DNA from: Planctomycetaceae bacterium
Lineage (GTDB): Bacteria; Planctomycetota; Planctomycetia; Planctomycetales; Planctomycetaceae
Assembly: GCA_044235005.1 (NCBI GenBank)
Contig: JBIIIF010000003.1
Span: 5,792-69,791 of the forward strand
Reading direction: 5' to 3'
DNA: 64,000 nt
Shown here: positions 28,428-37,372 of the stretch, piece after piece
Layout of the letters: each line of letters starts with the position of its first letter
How positions within the stretch are numbered: position 1 is the first letter of the stretch
The notes under the pieces: model-generated
Databases searched by the model: none
Told to the model about the DNA's origin: nothing
What the model saw: the letters and a program-made list of their open reading frames with translations, nothing else
Position numbers and translations under genes: made by a program

Positions 28428-30092
28428 TTATTTCGAAGGTTCGCTTTTTGCGCCTTCTCTGATGGCGTAGATTCGATTGCGGTTGGCGATGAACATGGTG
28501 TCATTGGCAACGACAGGAGTCGTATACACAGATGATCCCATGTTGATTTCTTCGCCCAGTTTTTCCATCTCAGCCGACAGCTTAAAGATGGCGATGTCAC
28601 CGTCTTCGTCGCCAATGTAAACCCGATCTTCGACGATCAGGGGAGAGGCCCAGGATGCTGCGAACATATCGTAGGTCCAGTGAGGCTCACCAGTCTTTGC
28701 ATTCAGGCAATGAAACAGTCCGCTGAAGTCGGCTACGAACAGCAGGTCGTTCTTAATGGCAACTGTGCCGCAGGTCCTGTGCATTGTGCTTTCAAAGACC
28801 GAAGTGTCGGTGCCCGTGTAGTGCCAGACTGCAGCCGAGTTCGGGTTTTCACGTTCAAAGTCACCGGCCTTGTCGTCCAGGGCCTGCAGTCGCTTATGAA
28901 CGATCGGGGTTTTCGGGTCCTTGGAATTATAGACCAGGGTTGGACTCACATCGCCGCGTTTCTTCGGGTCGATGCACCAGAGGTGTCCCTGACCTTCGCC
29001 GTGTTCCGGGTCTTCACCAACGCCGATATAAACGAATCCGTCATAGACGACGGGCGTAGCAATCAGATGGTTTCGAGTGGCCCGACCGCCAAGCAGATAG
29101 ATTGATTCCTTAGGATTGCAGTCAAACTTCCACAGCATCTCCGCATTGCCATTCTTACCTTCTGCGGCAAAGCTGTAGAGGTAACCATCCCCCGCGGCAA
29201 ACAAAACCTGAGCAACTCCGTCGAAGACTCCAAAGGCTGGTGAAGACCACTGTCCATGCAGAACATTTGCGCCGGGAGAGTTGTCGGTCCATAGAACCTT
29301 GCCGGATTCGCGATTCACGCAGAGAAAGCTGGGAGCATCTTCTTCCGGAATCGTAATGTGTCCCTCGTCAACACCGTTTGCTGTGATGACAAACAACAAC
29401 TCACCAACACATGTGACCGAGCAACTGCACATGTTGTGCTGAGAAACCTTCAGGTCTTTCATCATATCAAGAGACCAGACTACGTCGGCTTCATCCTTTT
29501 CCTGAGCTTTCTCATCGGTCACAGGCCCATCGTTTTCTCCATCACGGAATCCTTCTGTATCAAGGCAAACCACATGTCCGCGGCTGCTCACATACCATGC
29601 ACGGTCACCCTCAACGTAAGGAGAGCAGCAGATTCCCTGATGAGGCCAGTCATTAACACGACCGGTAGAAAGCTTTTCATTGGAGTGCTGCCAAAGAAAC
29701 TCACCAGACTTTTCATCAATGCAGATCAGGCAACCGAGGTCGATCGAGCTTGGGTAACGCTTGATGTAGCCGTTGCCGTTATTCGTTCCGATGAAGACCT
29801 TGCCATTTGCGACGACAGGATTACCGTAGGTTTCTGATCCGAGTGGCATTGACCACACAATGTTTTCGCCGGTGCTGACATCCCATGTCGTTGGAATATT
29901 TTTGCCTTCCGGAGTATTGTTGCGGGAGTAGCTGCCGCCCCACTGCGGCCAGTCCTTTGGTCCCACCTTCATCTTCGCAATCTTGCTGAGAGCTGTTTCA
30001 GTGGGGTTCTCTCCCGATACGGCAGTGTTCTGTGCTGCTGCCGCCACTGTCAGACACAGCGCGACGTTTAGGCAGATTCTGAATTTCAACAT
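28428..30092 (-). CDS. secreted PQQ-like/BamB-type beta-propeller repeat protein
   Basis: 554 aa. Signal peptide MLKFRICLNVALCLTVAAAAQN, WPQWGG, and repeated blade motifs (pVv.nGkVfiG, W......s.sSP...). Confidence 0.88.
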   Translation of the reverse strand: MLKFRICLNVALCLTVAAAAQNTAVSGENPTETALSKIAKMKVGPKDWPQWGGSYSRNNTPEGKNIPTTWDVSTGENIVWSMPLGSETYGNPVVANGKVFIGTNNGNGYIKRYPSSIDLGCLICIDEKSGEFLWQHSNEKLSTGRVNDWPHQGICCSPYVEGDRAWYVSSRGHVVCLDTEGFRDGENDGPVTDEKAQEKDEADVVWSLDMMKDLKVSQHNMCSCSVTCVGELLFVITANGVDEGHITIPEEDAPSFLCVNRESGKVLWTDNSPGANVLHGQWSSPAFGVFDGVAQVLFAAGDGYLYSFAAEGKNGNAEMLWKFDCNPKESIYLLGGRATRNHLIATPVVYDGFVYIGVGEDPEHGEGQGHLWCIDPKKRGDVSPTLVYNSKDPKTPIVHKRLQALDDKAGDFERENPNSAAVWHYTGTDTSVFESTMHRTCGTVAIKNDLLFVADFSGLFHCLNAKTGEPHWTYDMFAASWASPLIVEDRVYIGDEDGDIAIFKLSAEMEKLGEEINMGSSVYTTPVVANDTMFIANRNRIYAIREGAKSEPSK

Positions 30093-30257
30093 GGAACGGT
30101 TCCTTGGGGATTGAAGTAAGAATCAGGCGAGTCGAAGTCTGGTCACGAATGCGATGTTCGCTTTTCCGGAAGACTTGCGTCGCCAGTTGCAGAGCTTTAT
30201 TCGTCTGCAACGAGTTTTAGTCAACTTATTCTTTGAGCTGCCTCGATCGCGGCTGAC

Positions 30258-30317
30258 TTCGAAAGGTATTCTGCGAACAGCCAGCCTCAGTCTATGCCGC
30301 CCGAAGAACAGCAATTA
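30258..30317 (+). repeat. dispersed intergenic repeat, copy G
   Basis: aaggtattctgcgaacagccagcctcagtctatgccgcccgaagaacagcaatta. The right half is near-identical to copy C. Its last 3 nt are the stop codon (complement) of the 727-aa propeller gene. Confidence 0.7.
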
Positions 30318-32498
30318 CTTGTTCGAAATGACCTGAACATTATCGACGAAGAATTCTGCATCCGTTGCGTTACCAAAGAGCCCTGGACTTCCACTCAGAT
30401 TCGGAGTTGCATCGGCTGCTTCAATTTGCCACTCTGCGGGCTCTTTTTCGTCGCGTCGCCAGACTTTGCCACGCAGTATAACTTTGCCATCCTTTGTTTC
30501 ACTTTGAAATTTCATCGTGTACCAGGTGTCGGCCGACCACTGCATGTCGATCGTTTTGGCAAATCGAAGCTCAAGTCGTGCAACCCACGATCGAATCTGA
30601 AGCCGCTGCGAACCCTGCATGTCCAGAGTGTAGCGTTGATTGATCAAGCCGAGGTCAGGAAGACGACCGTTCTTTTCGGTGGCTTTGAAGTCGGCCTGGA
30701 TCGTGTAATCGTGCAGATTTGTTCGGCCCATCCACGACTGACTACGAGTTCCCTTTGGAATTGTGCTGATCTTGACCAGACCTTTTTCTCCATCCAATGG
30801 TGCTGGTTTATGGCGATAATCGGCACCAATCCAGGTTGCTGGGACTTTGTCGTCAGAGAAATCGAACTTCCATGGAAGCGGCGGGACGACTCGAATTCGT
30901 GCCGTGGCTGTTAATTCACCGGACTTTGCTGTCAGAACGACCGCTGAATGACCAGAGGCCGGGGCCGTGTAGGATCCGTCCTTTGAGACAGTTCCTCCGC
31001 CTTCGGCTGTAATCACGGCATCCTTCACCAGTTGCACGAACTGGCCACTCTTATTGTATCCTTTGACCTGCGGGCTGACTTTCTCGCCGACCCCAATCAA
31101 CAGTTCAACTGGCGTGAGCAGAATCTGAGAGACCTTCTTGTCGCTGGCTGCGGGGGCTTCGTCTGCCAGTTTTGAACGCGTCGGTTTTGTCATGGATGCA
31201 TCAGGTTTTCCAATGCAGTACAGAGCCTCAATCGAAGGGAGAAAGATTCGTCCATTAGAAACGACCGGGGAGCCAAAGACTTCTTCGCCCTGACCGAGTC
31301 GAGCTTCGCTAACGACGTCCACGCCTTTTTCACTTGGCTTAAGAACGTAGAACCGTCCGGTGTTTTCTGCGACATAGATCTTGCCATCGGCCACCATTGG
31401 GCTGCCGAACATGATACGGCCAAGTTTCTTCTGGCCCACAAGTTCACCGGTTTTTGCATTCACAATGACCAGTGTGGCACCGTCTTCGATGTAATACACG
31501 CGGTCACCAAGTTTGACTGCACAATTTCGGCCGACAGCTCGTTTAGGGATCTTCCACAGAAGTTTGTCTTCTGTAATTTCCCCTTCGACGTTTCCGTCAA
31601 AGGCAAAGATCGCACCCAAAGTCGTAGTGTCGCTGGCGTTTTGCTCCGCATGCCCACAGTAGACGATTCCGTTTTCGTCAATGAGTGCGCTGGTGTTCAG
31701 ACCACGAGTGGATGCCTGGTACTTCCAGATCGTTTTTCCGGTACGGGGCTGGATCGCGTAAAACGCTCCATCACCGGCACCAACGACCATTGCAGCCTGA
31801 CCTTTGAACGTCGTAAGAACAGGAGTGCTGTAGGTGGTGTCTTCCGGACGCAGTTTTGTGCTCTTGAGCCACTGAGCGACTCCCGTTTTCTTGTCGAATG
31901 CCACGAAGCGATGAGCAGGAACAGCGGTTTCTCCCCAGCCCGTCATGACTCCGCTGATTACGACCAGATCCTCAAACACAACTGGAAAGTTGGTTCGACC
32001 GCCGTAAGTGGACAGCATCCCGTATTCTTCGCTCATGGAGTGTTCCCAGAGCACTTTTCCGGTCTTGCCATCCAGACACTGGAATACACAACCAAGTCCC
32101 AGCACGAAAACGGTGTCACTTGCAGGATCGGCAACAACACTTGACCAGCCAACACGCTCGGCTGGCGCGTCTGACAGATAAATGTTGTGAATGCTTTCCC
32201 AGATTAACTCACCTGTTTTTGCATCGAGGCAAACTGTCTTCTCACCCTCTTTCTCCGTCTCAGGGAAAGCACGACAGACAAGATAAACACGATCGTTCAT
32301 CACCACTGGTGAGGACCGGCTGGCAAATTCTTCTTTCCGCCACAGGAGGTTTTCGCCTTTGGGAGACCATTTGTCCGGCAGGTTGGTCTCCAACGACTGG
32401 CCATCATGATGAGGCCCGCGCCAGTGTGGCCAGTCCTCAGCCAGTGCTGCAGCACTGACCGCGTAGATGCCAAGAATTGTCAGGAATGAGGTTTTCAT
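30315..32498 (-). CDS. secreted PQQ-like beta-propeller protein with Ig-like (Big_2-type) and DUF1080/concanavalin-like C-terminal domains
   Basis: 727 aa. Signal peptide MKTSFLTILGIYAVSAAALA, WPHWRGP, propeller blades, then an Ig-like segment (LLTPVELLIGVGEKVSPQVKGYN...) and a lectin-like tail (...GSPGLFGNATDAEFFVDNVQV). The RBS GAGAGGG sits in the 18-nt gap after the MarR gene. Confidence 0.88.
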   Translation of the reverse strand: MKTSFLTILGIYAVSAAALAEDWPHWRGPHHDGQSLETNLPDKWSPKGENLLWRKEEFASRSSPVVMNDRVYLVCRAFPETEKEGEKTVCLDAKTGELIWESIHNIYLSDAPAERVGWSSVVADPASDTVFVLGLGCVFQCLDGKTGKVLWEHSMSEEYGMLSTYGGRTNFPVVFEDLVVISGVMTGWGETAVPAHRFVAFDKKTGVAQWLKSTKLRPEDTTYSTPVLTTFKGQAAMVVGAGDGAFYAIQPRTGKTIWKYQASTRGLNTSALIDENGIVYCGHAEQNASDTTTLGAIFAFDGNVEGEITEDKLLWKIPKRAVGRNCAVKLGDRVYYIEDGATLVIVNAKTGELVGQKKLGRIMFGSPMVADGKIYVAENTGRFYVLKPSEKGVDVVSEARLGQGEEVFGSPVVSNGRIFLPSIEALYCIGKPDASMTKPTRSKLADEAPAASDKKVSQILLTPVELLIGVGEKVSPQVKGYNKSGQFVQLVKDAVITAEGGGTVSKDGSYTAPASGHSAVVLTAKSGELTATARIRVVPPLPWKFDFSDDKVPATWIGADYRHKPAPLDGEKGLVKISTIPKGTRSQSWMGRTNLHDYTIQADFKATEKNGRLPDLGLINQRYTLDMQGSQRLQIRSWVARLELRFAKTIDMQWSADTWYTMKFQSETKDGKVILRGKVWRRDEKEPAEWQIEAADATPNLSGSPGLFGNATDAEFFVDNVQVISNK

Positions 32499-32516
32499 GG
32501 TGTTCGCCCTCTCGTG

Positions 32517-33008
32517 TTATTCGTCCAGCCAGTCACAACTGGCATCTTCATGAGGTTCACGAATCCGTTTCAGCAGCGTGATGAGATCCTGCTGTTCGGA
32601 ACGACTTAAGTGTCCAAGTTGCCGTTCGTGCATTTCTCGAACCGTCTTTGACATTTCATCCAGGAGCGCGAGGCCCTGTGGTGTGATAGCGATCTCAACA
32701 ACTCGGCGGTTTTCACTACGCCGTTCACGGACGATCAATTGACGCTGCTCCAGACGATCGAGCATTCTTGTTGTATCCGGCCCGCGGGAGATCAACCGCT
32801 TGCCAAGTGCCAACGTTTGCATCGAAGCCGGGTGTACAGACCTTAGTAAGCGAAGTGCATTGTATTGCTGAGCGGACAACTGGTAGTTGCCAAACAGTTC
32901 GTCTTCCAGAGCCTTCAGGCAGTCGTAGGTTCTCCAGAGGTTCAGGAAGGCTTCCTGCTCCGGGGAATCAAATCGCTTTCCACTCTTCGGCTTGGTTGAC
33001 GATGTCAT
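32517..33008 (-). CDS. MarR-family transcriptional regulator
   Basis: 163 aa. Winged-helix text LSAQQYNALRLL ... LGKRLISRGPDTTRMLDRLEQRQLIVRERRSENRRVVEIAITPQG. Confidence 0.9.
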   Translation of the reverse strand: MTSSTKPKSGKRFDSPEQEAFLNLWRTYDCLKALEDELFGNYQLSAQQYNALRLLRSVHPASMQTLALGKRLISRGPDTTRMLDRLEQRQLIVRERRSENRRVVEIAITPQGLALLDEMSKTVREMHERQLGHLSRSEQQDLITLLKRIREPHEDASCDWLDE

Positions 33009-33035
33009 GGGGAAAGCATGGACGTTTCGACGACA

Positions 33036-33049
33036 CTTGTCAAGACAAG
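33036..33049. promoter_or_regulatory. candidate MarR operator (perfect 6-2-6 palindrome)
   Basis: CTTGTCaaGACAAG lies 28-41 nt upstream of the MarR start codon. MarR regulators typically bind short palindromes overlapping their own promoters. Confidence 0.35.
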
Positions 33050-33061
33050 CGTCCGCGCATG

Positions 33062-33083
33062 AAAAAACGGCATCCCTGCCGTT
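33062..33083 (-). terminator. intrinsic terminator after the Cys-rich protein gene
   Basis: On the minus strand: aacggca ggga tgccgtt followed by TTTTTT. Confidence 0.65.
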
Positions 33084-33249
33084 TCAAAGATAAACCACTG
33101 GTTCATTCGAGTAGAAATCGAGTCCGCAGGGCTCCCGGTCCCCGTTTCGGAAGTCATTCTTAAACTCTGCTCGCCACCATCCAGAACCCTGGTCCAATCA
33201 AAGAGCTGGAGATCTGCAAGTTATGAACCATGAGACTACTCCAGCCAAA

Positions 33250-33714
33250 TTACTTGGCTGGTGCAGCTTCTGCAGCTGGTGCTGGTGCTGGTGCTGGTGC
33301 TGGTGCTGGTGCTGCTGGTGCTGCTTCGGCTGGTGGTGCAGGTGCATCAACAGCCGCTGGAGCTGCTGCTGGAGCAGCGGCCGGTGCGGCTGTTGCACAG
33401 CCACCGCTTGCACAACCAGTGCTGGCGCCGCATGCTGAACCGCAGTTGTCGCCACATGATGAGCCACAGCTAGGAGCTGCTTCGCAGCAAGTTGGAGCTG
33501 GAGCACAGCAAGAAGGGGCTGGTTCGCAGCATGATGGAGCTGGTTCGCAGCAGGTTGGCTCTGGCTTGCAGTGCTTGACGCGGACTGGCTTGCACTTCTG
33601 CACTTTGCATTTAACTGGCTTGCACTTGGCAGGCTTGCAGCAGCTTCGACCGGCTTCTGCAGTATTGGTGAGCAGCAATGCTGCCAACGCGAGGACGAGA
33701 CCGAATGTTCGCAT
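33250..33714 (-). CDS. secreted cysteine-rich, Ala/Pro-rich low-complexity protein
   Basis: ATG 33714 (RBS AAGGGG) gives the signal peptide MRTFGLVLALAALLLTNTAEA. It is followed by KCKPVKCKVQKCKPV, CCEPAPSCCEPAPSCCAPAPTCCEAAPSC, a CG-rich stretch and a (PA)n tail. The gene has its own terminator downstream. The ORF is open to GTG 33738. Confidence 0.6.
   Translation of the reverse strand: MRTFGLVLALAALLLTNTAEAGRSCCKPAKCKPVKCKVQKCKPVRVKHCKPEPTCCEPAPSCCEPAPSCCAPAPTCCEAAPSCGSSCGDNCGSACGASTGCASGGCATAAPAAAPAAAPAAVDAPAPPAEAAPAAPAPAPAPAPAPAAEAAPAK
33275..33310. repeat. hexanucleotide tandem repeat (GCTGGT)x6
   Basis: Six perfect copies. They encode the PAPAPAPAPAPA tract of the Cys-rich protein on the minus strand. 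Confidence 0.9.
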
Positions 33715-33868
33715 GGTAAAACCCCTTGTTCTCTTCACGGCTGTGTTTCAGCCAGTTGGCCTGTGCAAGGTTCTGGAAAACACTTCCAAACCCTGTTGAC
33801 CACTCAAAACTCCGGTGCACGCTATCTTGACTGACCGGAATCTGTCAAACAACCTGCCTAATTTTCCA

Positions 33869-34294
33869 TCATTCGGCCCTGTTGTCCGAGGTGAGACCGA
33901 CCAAATCCTCGGGAATTCGCTGAACCTCGCCCGCTTCGTTGACGCACGCAATGACGGAGTTCGCTTCTGCGAGCAATTCTTCGCCCCGACAGAGTCTGTA
34001 CGAATGTTCCAGTTTTGCTGGGGTGACTCGGGCAATTTCCGTGTGCAAAGTCAGCAAGTCGTCGTATCGCGCAGGTCGACGGTACCTAACGTCGATCCGG
34101 GCGACGACAAAGTAAAGCTTGAGTTCTTCCATCCGCCGATAGCTGCCCCCCTGTGCTCGAAACAGTTCCGTCCTTCCGACTTCGAAATAGCAGAGATAGT
34201 TCGAGTGATGCAGGAATCCCATAGCGTCCGTCTCGTTGTAGCGGACGCGAATCTCGGTAGAGTGCTTAGTGATCATGGTTAGGGAAGACGTCAT
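33869..34294 (-). CDS. acyl-CoA thioesterase, YbgC/4HBT hot-dog family
   Basis: 141 aa. IRVRYNETDAMGFLHHSNYLCYFEVGRTELFR is the family signature region. Confidence 0.85.
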   Translation of the reverse strand: MTSSLTMITKHSTEIRVRYNETDAMGFLHHSNYLCYFEVGRTELFRAQGGSYRRMEELKLYFVVARIDVRYRRPARYDDLLTLHTEIARVTPAKLEHSYRLCRGEELLAEANSVIACVNEAGEVQRIPEDLVGLTSDNRAE

Positions 34295-34344
34295 GGTTTG
34301 GGAGTTGGGTCCACGAAAAACGAACGGAAGCAGGTTCTTCTTTT

Positions 34345-34746
34345 ATGTTGGCGGCATCAAGTGATTTGGCAGAGTTTCATCGTCGCGACCCGCAGTCGCT
34401 GATTTTTGTCTACGGTTCTCTCAAACGTGGTTATGCCCTACATCATCTTCTTGAGGGGCAGGCCTTTCGTGGTCCTGCGACGACGTGTCCGCTCTACCGT
34501 ATTTTTGATCTGGGATCATATCCGGGTCTCGTAGACTGGCCAGAAGGATTTGCGGTGCAGGGCGAGTTGTATGAGGTGGATGCGGAGTGCCTCAAAAGGC
34601 TTGATGAAGCGGAGGGTGTCGACGAAGGTCTGTATGCTCGCCGAGTCATCAAGCTGCAGCCTCCCTTTGACATTGTTGAGACGGTTGCCTGGTTCTGGCT
34701 CAACAAAGTTGGCGGACTACGGGACTGTGGGACGAGCTGGCCCTAA
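34345..34746 (+). CDS. gamma-glutamylcyclotransferase (AIG2/GGACT-like) family protein
   Basis: 133 aa. IFVYGSLKRGYALHHLL ... GELYEV ... LDEAEG. Confidence 0.85.
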   Translation: MLAASSDLAEFHRRDPQSLIFVYGSLKRGYALHHLLEGQAFRGPATTCPLYRIFDLGSYPGLVDWPEGFAVQGELYEVDAECLKRLDEAEGVDEGLYARRVIKLQPPFDIVETVAWFWLNKVGGLRDCGTSWP

Positions 34747-34797
34747 ATTGTTGGGGCTGATTTTTGCGAGTCGATTTTCGATGCTGCCGGAGGTTGC

Positions 34798-35700
34798 TTG
34801 AGACTCAACACTGCTGACATTCTCTCCGCTCGCGGACCTCGGAACGCCGTGAATGTGTTTCGCCCCTACCATTTTCTGGTGGAGAATGAGTTTTCGCGTC
34901 ATGGTCGTGTGGAGAGTGTTGCCACGATTTTTCTTACAAATCGCGAGTGTCCGTTTCACTGTCTGATGTGCGATCTGTGGAAGAACACGACGGAGCAGGC
35001 TACTCCAGAAGGGGCGATTCCGGAACAGATTGATTTTGCCCTGCAACAGTTGCCGATCGCTCAGCACATCAAGCTCTATAACAGCGGAAATTTCTTTGAT
35101 CCGAAAGCGATCCCGCGCGCGGACTGGGCTGGAATTGCCAACCGGGTTCGACGCTTTGCCACGGTCATCGTGGAAAATCATCCCTCCTTATGCAATGACC
35201 GATGCGGTGAGTTTCAGCAGTTGTGCGAGACCCAAATGGAAGTGGCTCTGGGGCTGGAGACTTCGCACCCACAAACGCTCGCCCTGCTCAACAAACAAAT
35301 GACGGTGGATGATTTTGCTCGTGCCTGTGAATCGCTTCTTAAACAGAGCGTTCTGATTCGAGCTTTTGTTTTGTTGAAGCCACCGGAGACATCGGAAGAG
35401 CAGGGGATTGAGCGGGCTATCAACTCAATACGCTTTGCGTTCGAGTGTGGAGTCGATTGCTGTGCCGTGATTCCCGTGAGAACCGGCAACGGAATTATGG
35501 AGCAACTGGCTTCGACCGGGCTGTTCTCACCGCCACGTTTGTCTTCGCTGGAGATCGTGCTGCGAGAAGCCTTGTCGTGGAAACGTGGCCGTGTATTTGC
35601 TGATTTGTGGGATGCCGCACAGTTTGCAGATTCTGTCGACACGGCCGCGTTGCAGATCTCAAGACTTGAGCAAATGAATCTGACACAATCCGTTACCTGA
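34798..35700 (+). CDS. radical SAM protein
   Basis: 300 aa with a TTG start. CX3CX2C cluster motif in TNRECPFHCLMCDLW and a TIM-barrel-like remainder. Confidence 0.8.
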   Translation: MRLNTADILSARGPRNAVNVFRPYHFLVENEFSRHGRVESVATIFLTNRECPFHCLMCDLWKNTTEQATPEGAIPEQIDFALQQLPIAQHIKLYNSGNFFDPKAIPRADWAGIANRVRRFATVIVENHPSLCNDRCGEFQQLCETQMEVALGLETSHPQTLALLNKQMTVDDFARACESLLKQSVLIRAFVLLKPPETSEEQGIERAINSIRFAFECGVDCCAVIPVRTGNGIMEQLASTGLFSPPRLSSLEIVLREALSWKRGRVFADLWDAAQFADSVDTAALQISRLEQMNLTQSVT

Positions 35701-35748
35701 AAATTGTGGTGCTGCTTCCACCTTATCCATCTCATTGACAGATCCGTC

Positions 35749-37323
35749 ATGCCTGTACTTTCTCCCGATGCTTTAGTTCTCGGTTCCGGATTTGGCGGGA
35801 GTCTGCTGGCCTTGATATTGGCTCGAGCGGGAAAGTCGGTGGTCATGGTTGATCGCAGCCGGCATCCTCGATTCGCAATCGGCGAATCATCGACGCCGCT
35901 GGCGGATCGCACGCTGGCTCAGATGGCTGATCGATATCAACTTCCTGAGTTACACCCGTTGTGTCATTGGGGGTCATGGAAACGTGAGTATCCCGATCTT
36001 CTGTGCGGCAAGAAACGAGGATTTACCTATTTCGATCAGACCAGTGCCGACGACGTTTCGATTGAGAACTTCGACGACCGCCGCCTGCTGGTTTCGGCCA
36101 GTATCAACGACGAGTATTCAGATACTCACTGGCTCCGCAGCGATATCGACCAGTTCATATTCCGGCTGGCGAATGCTGCTGGCGTCGTGACATTTCAGAA
36201 TTGCATTTATCAATTGGAAGCGGAGGGTGATGAATGGATTCTGAAGGTTTCTTCCAGCGATGAACCGGCCTTGTCGAATGCTTCCATGCGTGTGGAAACG
36301 TTGGAGTCATCCGGAGCGTATGTCGTCAAGTCGCCGTTCGTTGTCGATGCGACGGGATCCTCAAAGGGAATACTGAGTACGCTCGGGATTGCCGATCAAA
36401 CGGCATCGCTTAAAACTCATTCGCGATCATTGTTCGCTCACTTTGAAGCGGCCACAAATTGTGAGCAGTTGTTGAAAGATAGCCAGATTAACGTCGCGGC
36501 GTTTCCCTATCACTGCGATGATGCGGCCGTTCATCAGGTTTGCCCGGACGGATGGATGTGGCAGTTGCGATACGACGACGACACTCTCAGCGCGGGGTTT
36601 ATGATTGATGAACGACCGAGTGCTCAGCGTGTACGACGCTCATTTTCGACTCCTCAGGAAGAATGGGAATGGCGGATTCGGAGAGCACCGTTTCTGGCTC
36701 GCCAGTTCAGGAATGCAAGTATTGTTCGGCCGGATTCAGGCCTCCAGCAGACTTCTCGAATTCAGCGACTGACTTCTCAGGCGGCAGGTTTGAACTGGGC
36801 TGCGATTACAAACACAGCCGGGTTTATTGATCCTCTGCACAGCACCGGGATTGCTCATACGTTGTTCAGCGTTTCGCGATTGGCTGAGATTCTGCTGATG
36901 TCGGGCAATGCTGCAGACCGTGCGGTTCGACTGCGGAAGTATTCTGATTCGTTGATCGAGGAGATTCGGTGCGTCGATGAGTTAGTTGAAGGCTGCTATG
37001 AAGCAATCCCGTCGTTTCGCCTATGGTGTCTGTGGGGAATGCTCTATTTTGCCGCAGCAACCAGTATGGAGCAGTCTCTGGACGGAGCCTCGGGAGGCAC
37101 GAGTTTTCTGCGAGCCAACGATCCTGATTTCAGAGGCATGTTGAAAGAAGCCAGAGATCGACTTGCCGTCGCACGCCACGCTGGTACGGCTGATCGAATA
37201 ACTTCCGAGAAGGCGTTTGAGTCATGGTTGTGCTCTGCAGTGGCTCCCTGGAATCAGGTTGGGTTGTTTGATCCGACCTGCAACGGGCTGTATTCAAGGA
37301 CTGCAGCTCCAGCCCGAGACTAA
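35749..37323 (+). CDS. FAD-dependent oxidoreductase (tryptophan-halogenase / geranylgeranyl-reductase-like fold)
   Basis: ATG 35749 gives MPVLSPDALVLGSGFGGSLLALILARAGKSVVMVDR (a GxGxxG Rossmann motif). Also RFAIGESSTP and GWMWQLRY. The ORF is open from TTG 35704, 4 nt after the radical SAM stop. Confidence 0.85.
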   Translation: MPVLSPDALVLGSGFGGSLLALILARAGKSVVMVDRSRHPRFAIGESSTPLADRTLAQMADRYQLPELHPLCHWGSWKREYPDLLCGKKRGFTYFDQTSADDVSIENFDDRRLLVSASINDEYSDTHWLRSDIDQFIFRLANAAGVVTFQNCIYQLEAEGDEWILKVSSSDEPALSNASMRVETLESSGAYVVKSPFVVDATGSSKGILSTLGIADQTASLKTHSRSLFAHFEAATNCEQLLKDSQINVAAFPYHCDDAAVHQVCPDGWMWQLRYDDDTLSAGFMIDERPSAQRVRRSFSTPQEEWEWRIRRAPFLARQFRNASIVRPDSGLQQTSRIQRLTSQAAGLNWAAITNTAGFIDPLHSTGIAHTLFSVSRLAEILLMSGNAADRAVRLRKYSDSLIEEIRCVDELVEGCYEAIPSFRLWCLWGMLYFAAATSMEQSLDGASGGTSFLRANDPDFRGMLKEARDRLAVARHAGTADRITSEKAFESWLCSAVAPWNQVGLFDPTCNGLYSRTAAPARD

Positions 37324-37372
37324 CCGGCCGTTGGGTTAATCAGCCGGAACGCGTTGGCGTCCGGTTCTTTGC

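Noticed and set aside
33275-33310. Short tandem repeat, checked as a possible CRISPR or VNTR array
   Set aside because: It is a 6-nt unit without spacers, inside a coding region (a PA dipeptide tract). It is not a CRISPR array.
33230-33799. 189-aa + strand mirror ORF (poly-Ala/Gly) opposite the Cys-rich protein gene
   Set aside because: The minus-strand frame has an RBS, a signal peptide and a downstream terminator. The + frame has none of these and results from the low-complexity GC-rich repeat.
35749-37323. Calling the flavoprotein a tryptophan or phenolic halogenase
   Set aside because: Only fold-level motifs (GxGxxG and a WxWxL-type segment) are visible. I cannot confirm the catalytic Lys/Glu by eye, so only a generic FAD-dependent oxidoreductase call is made.
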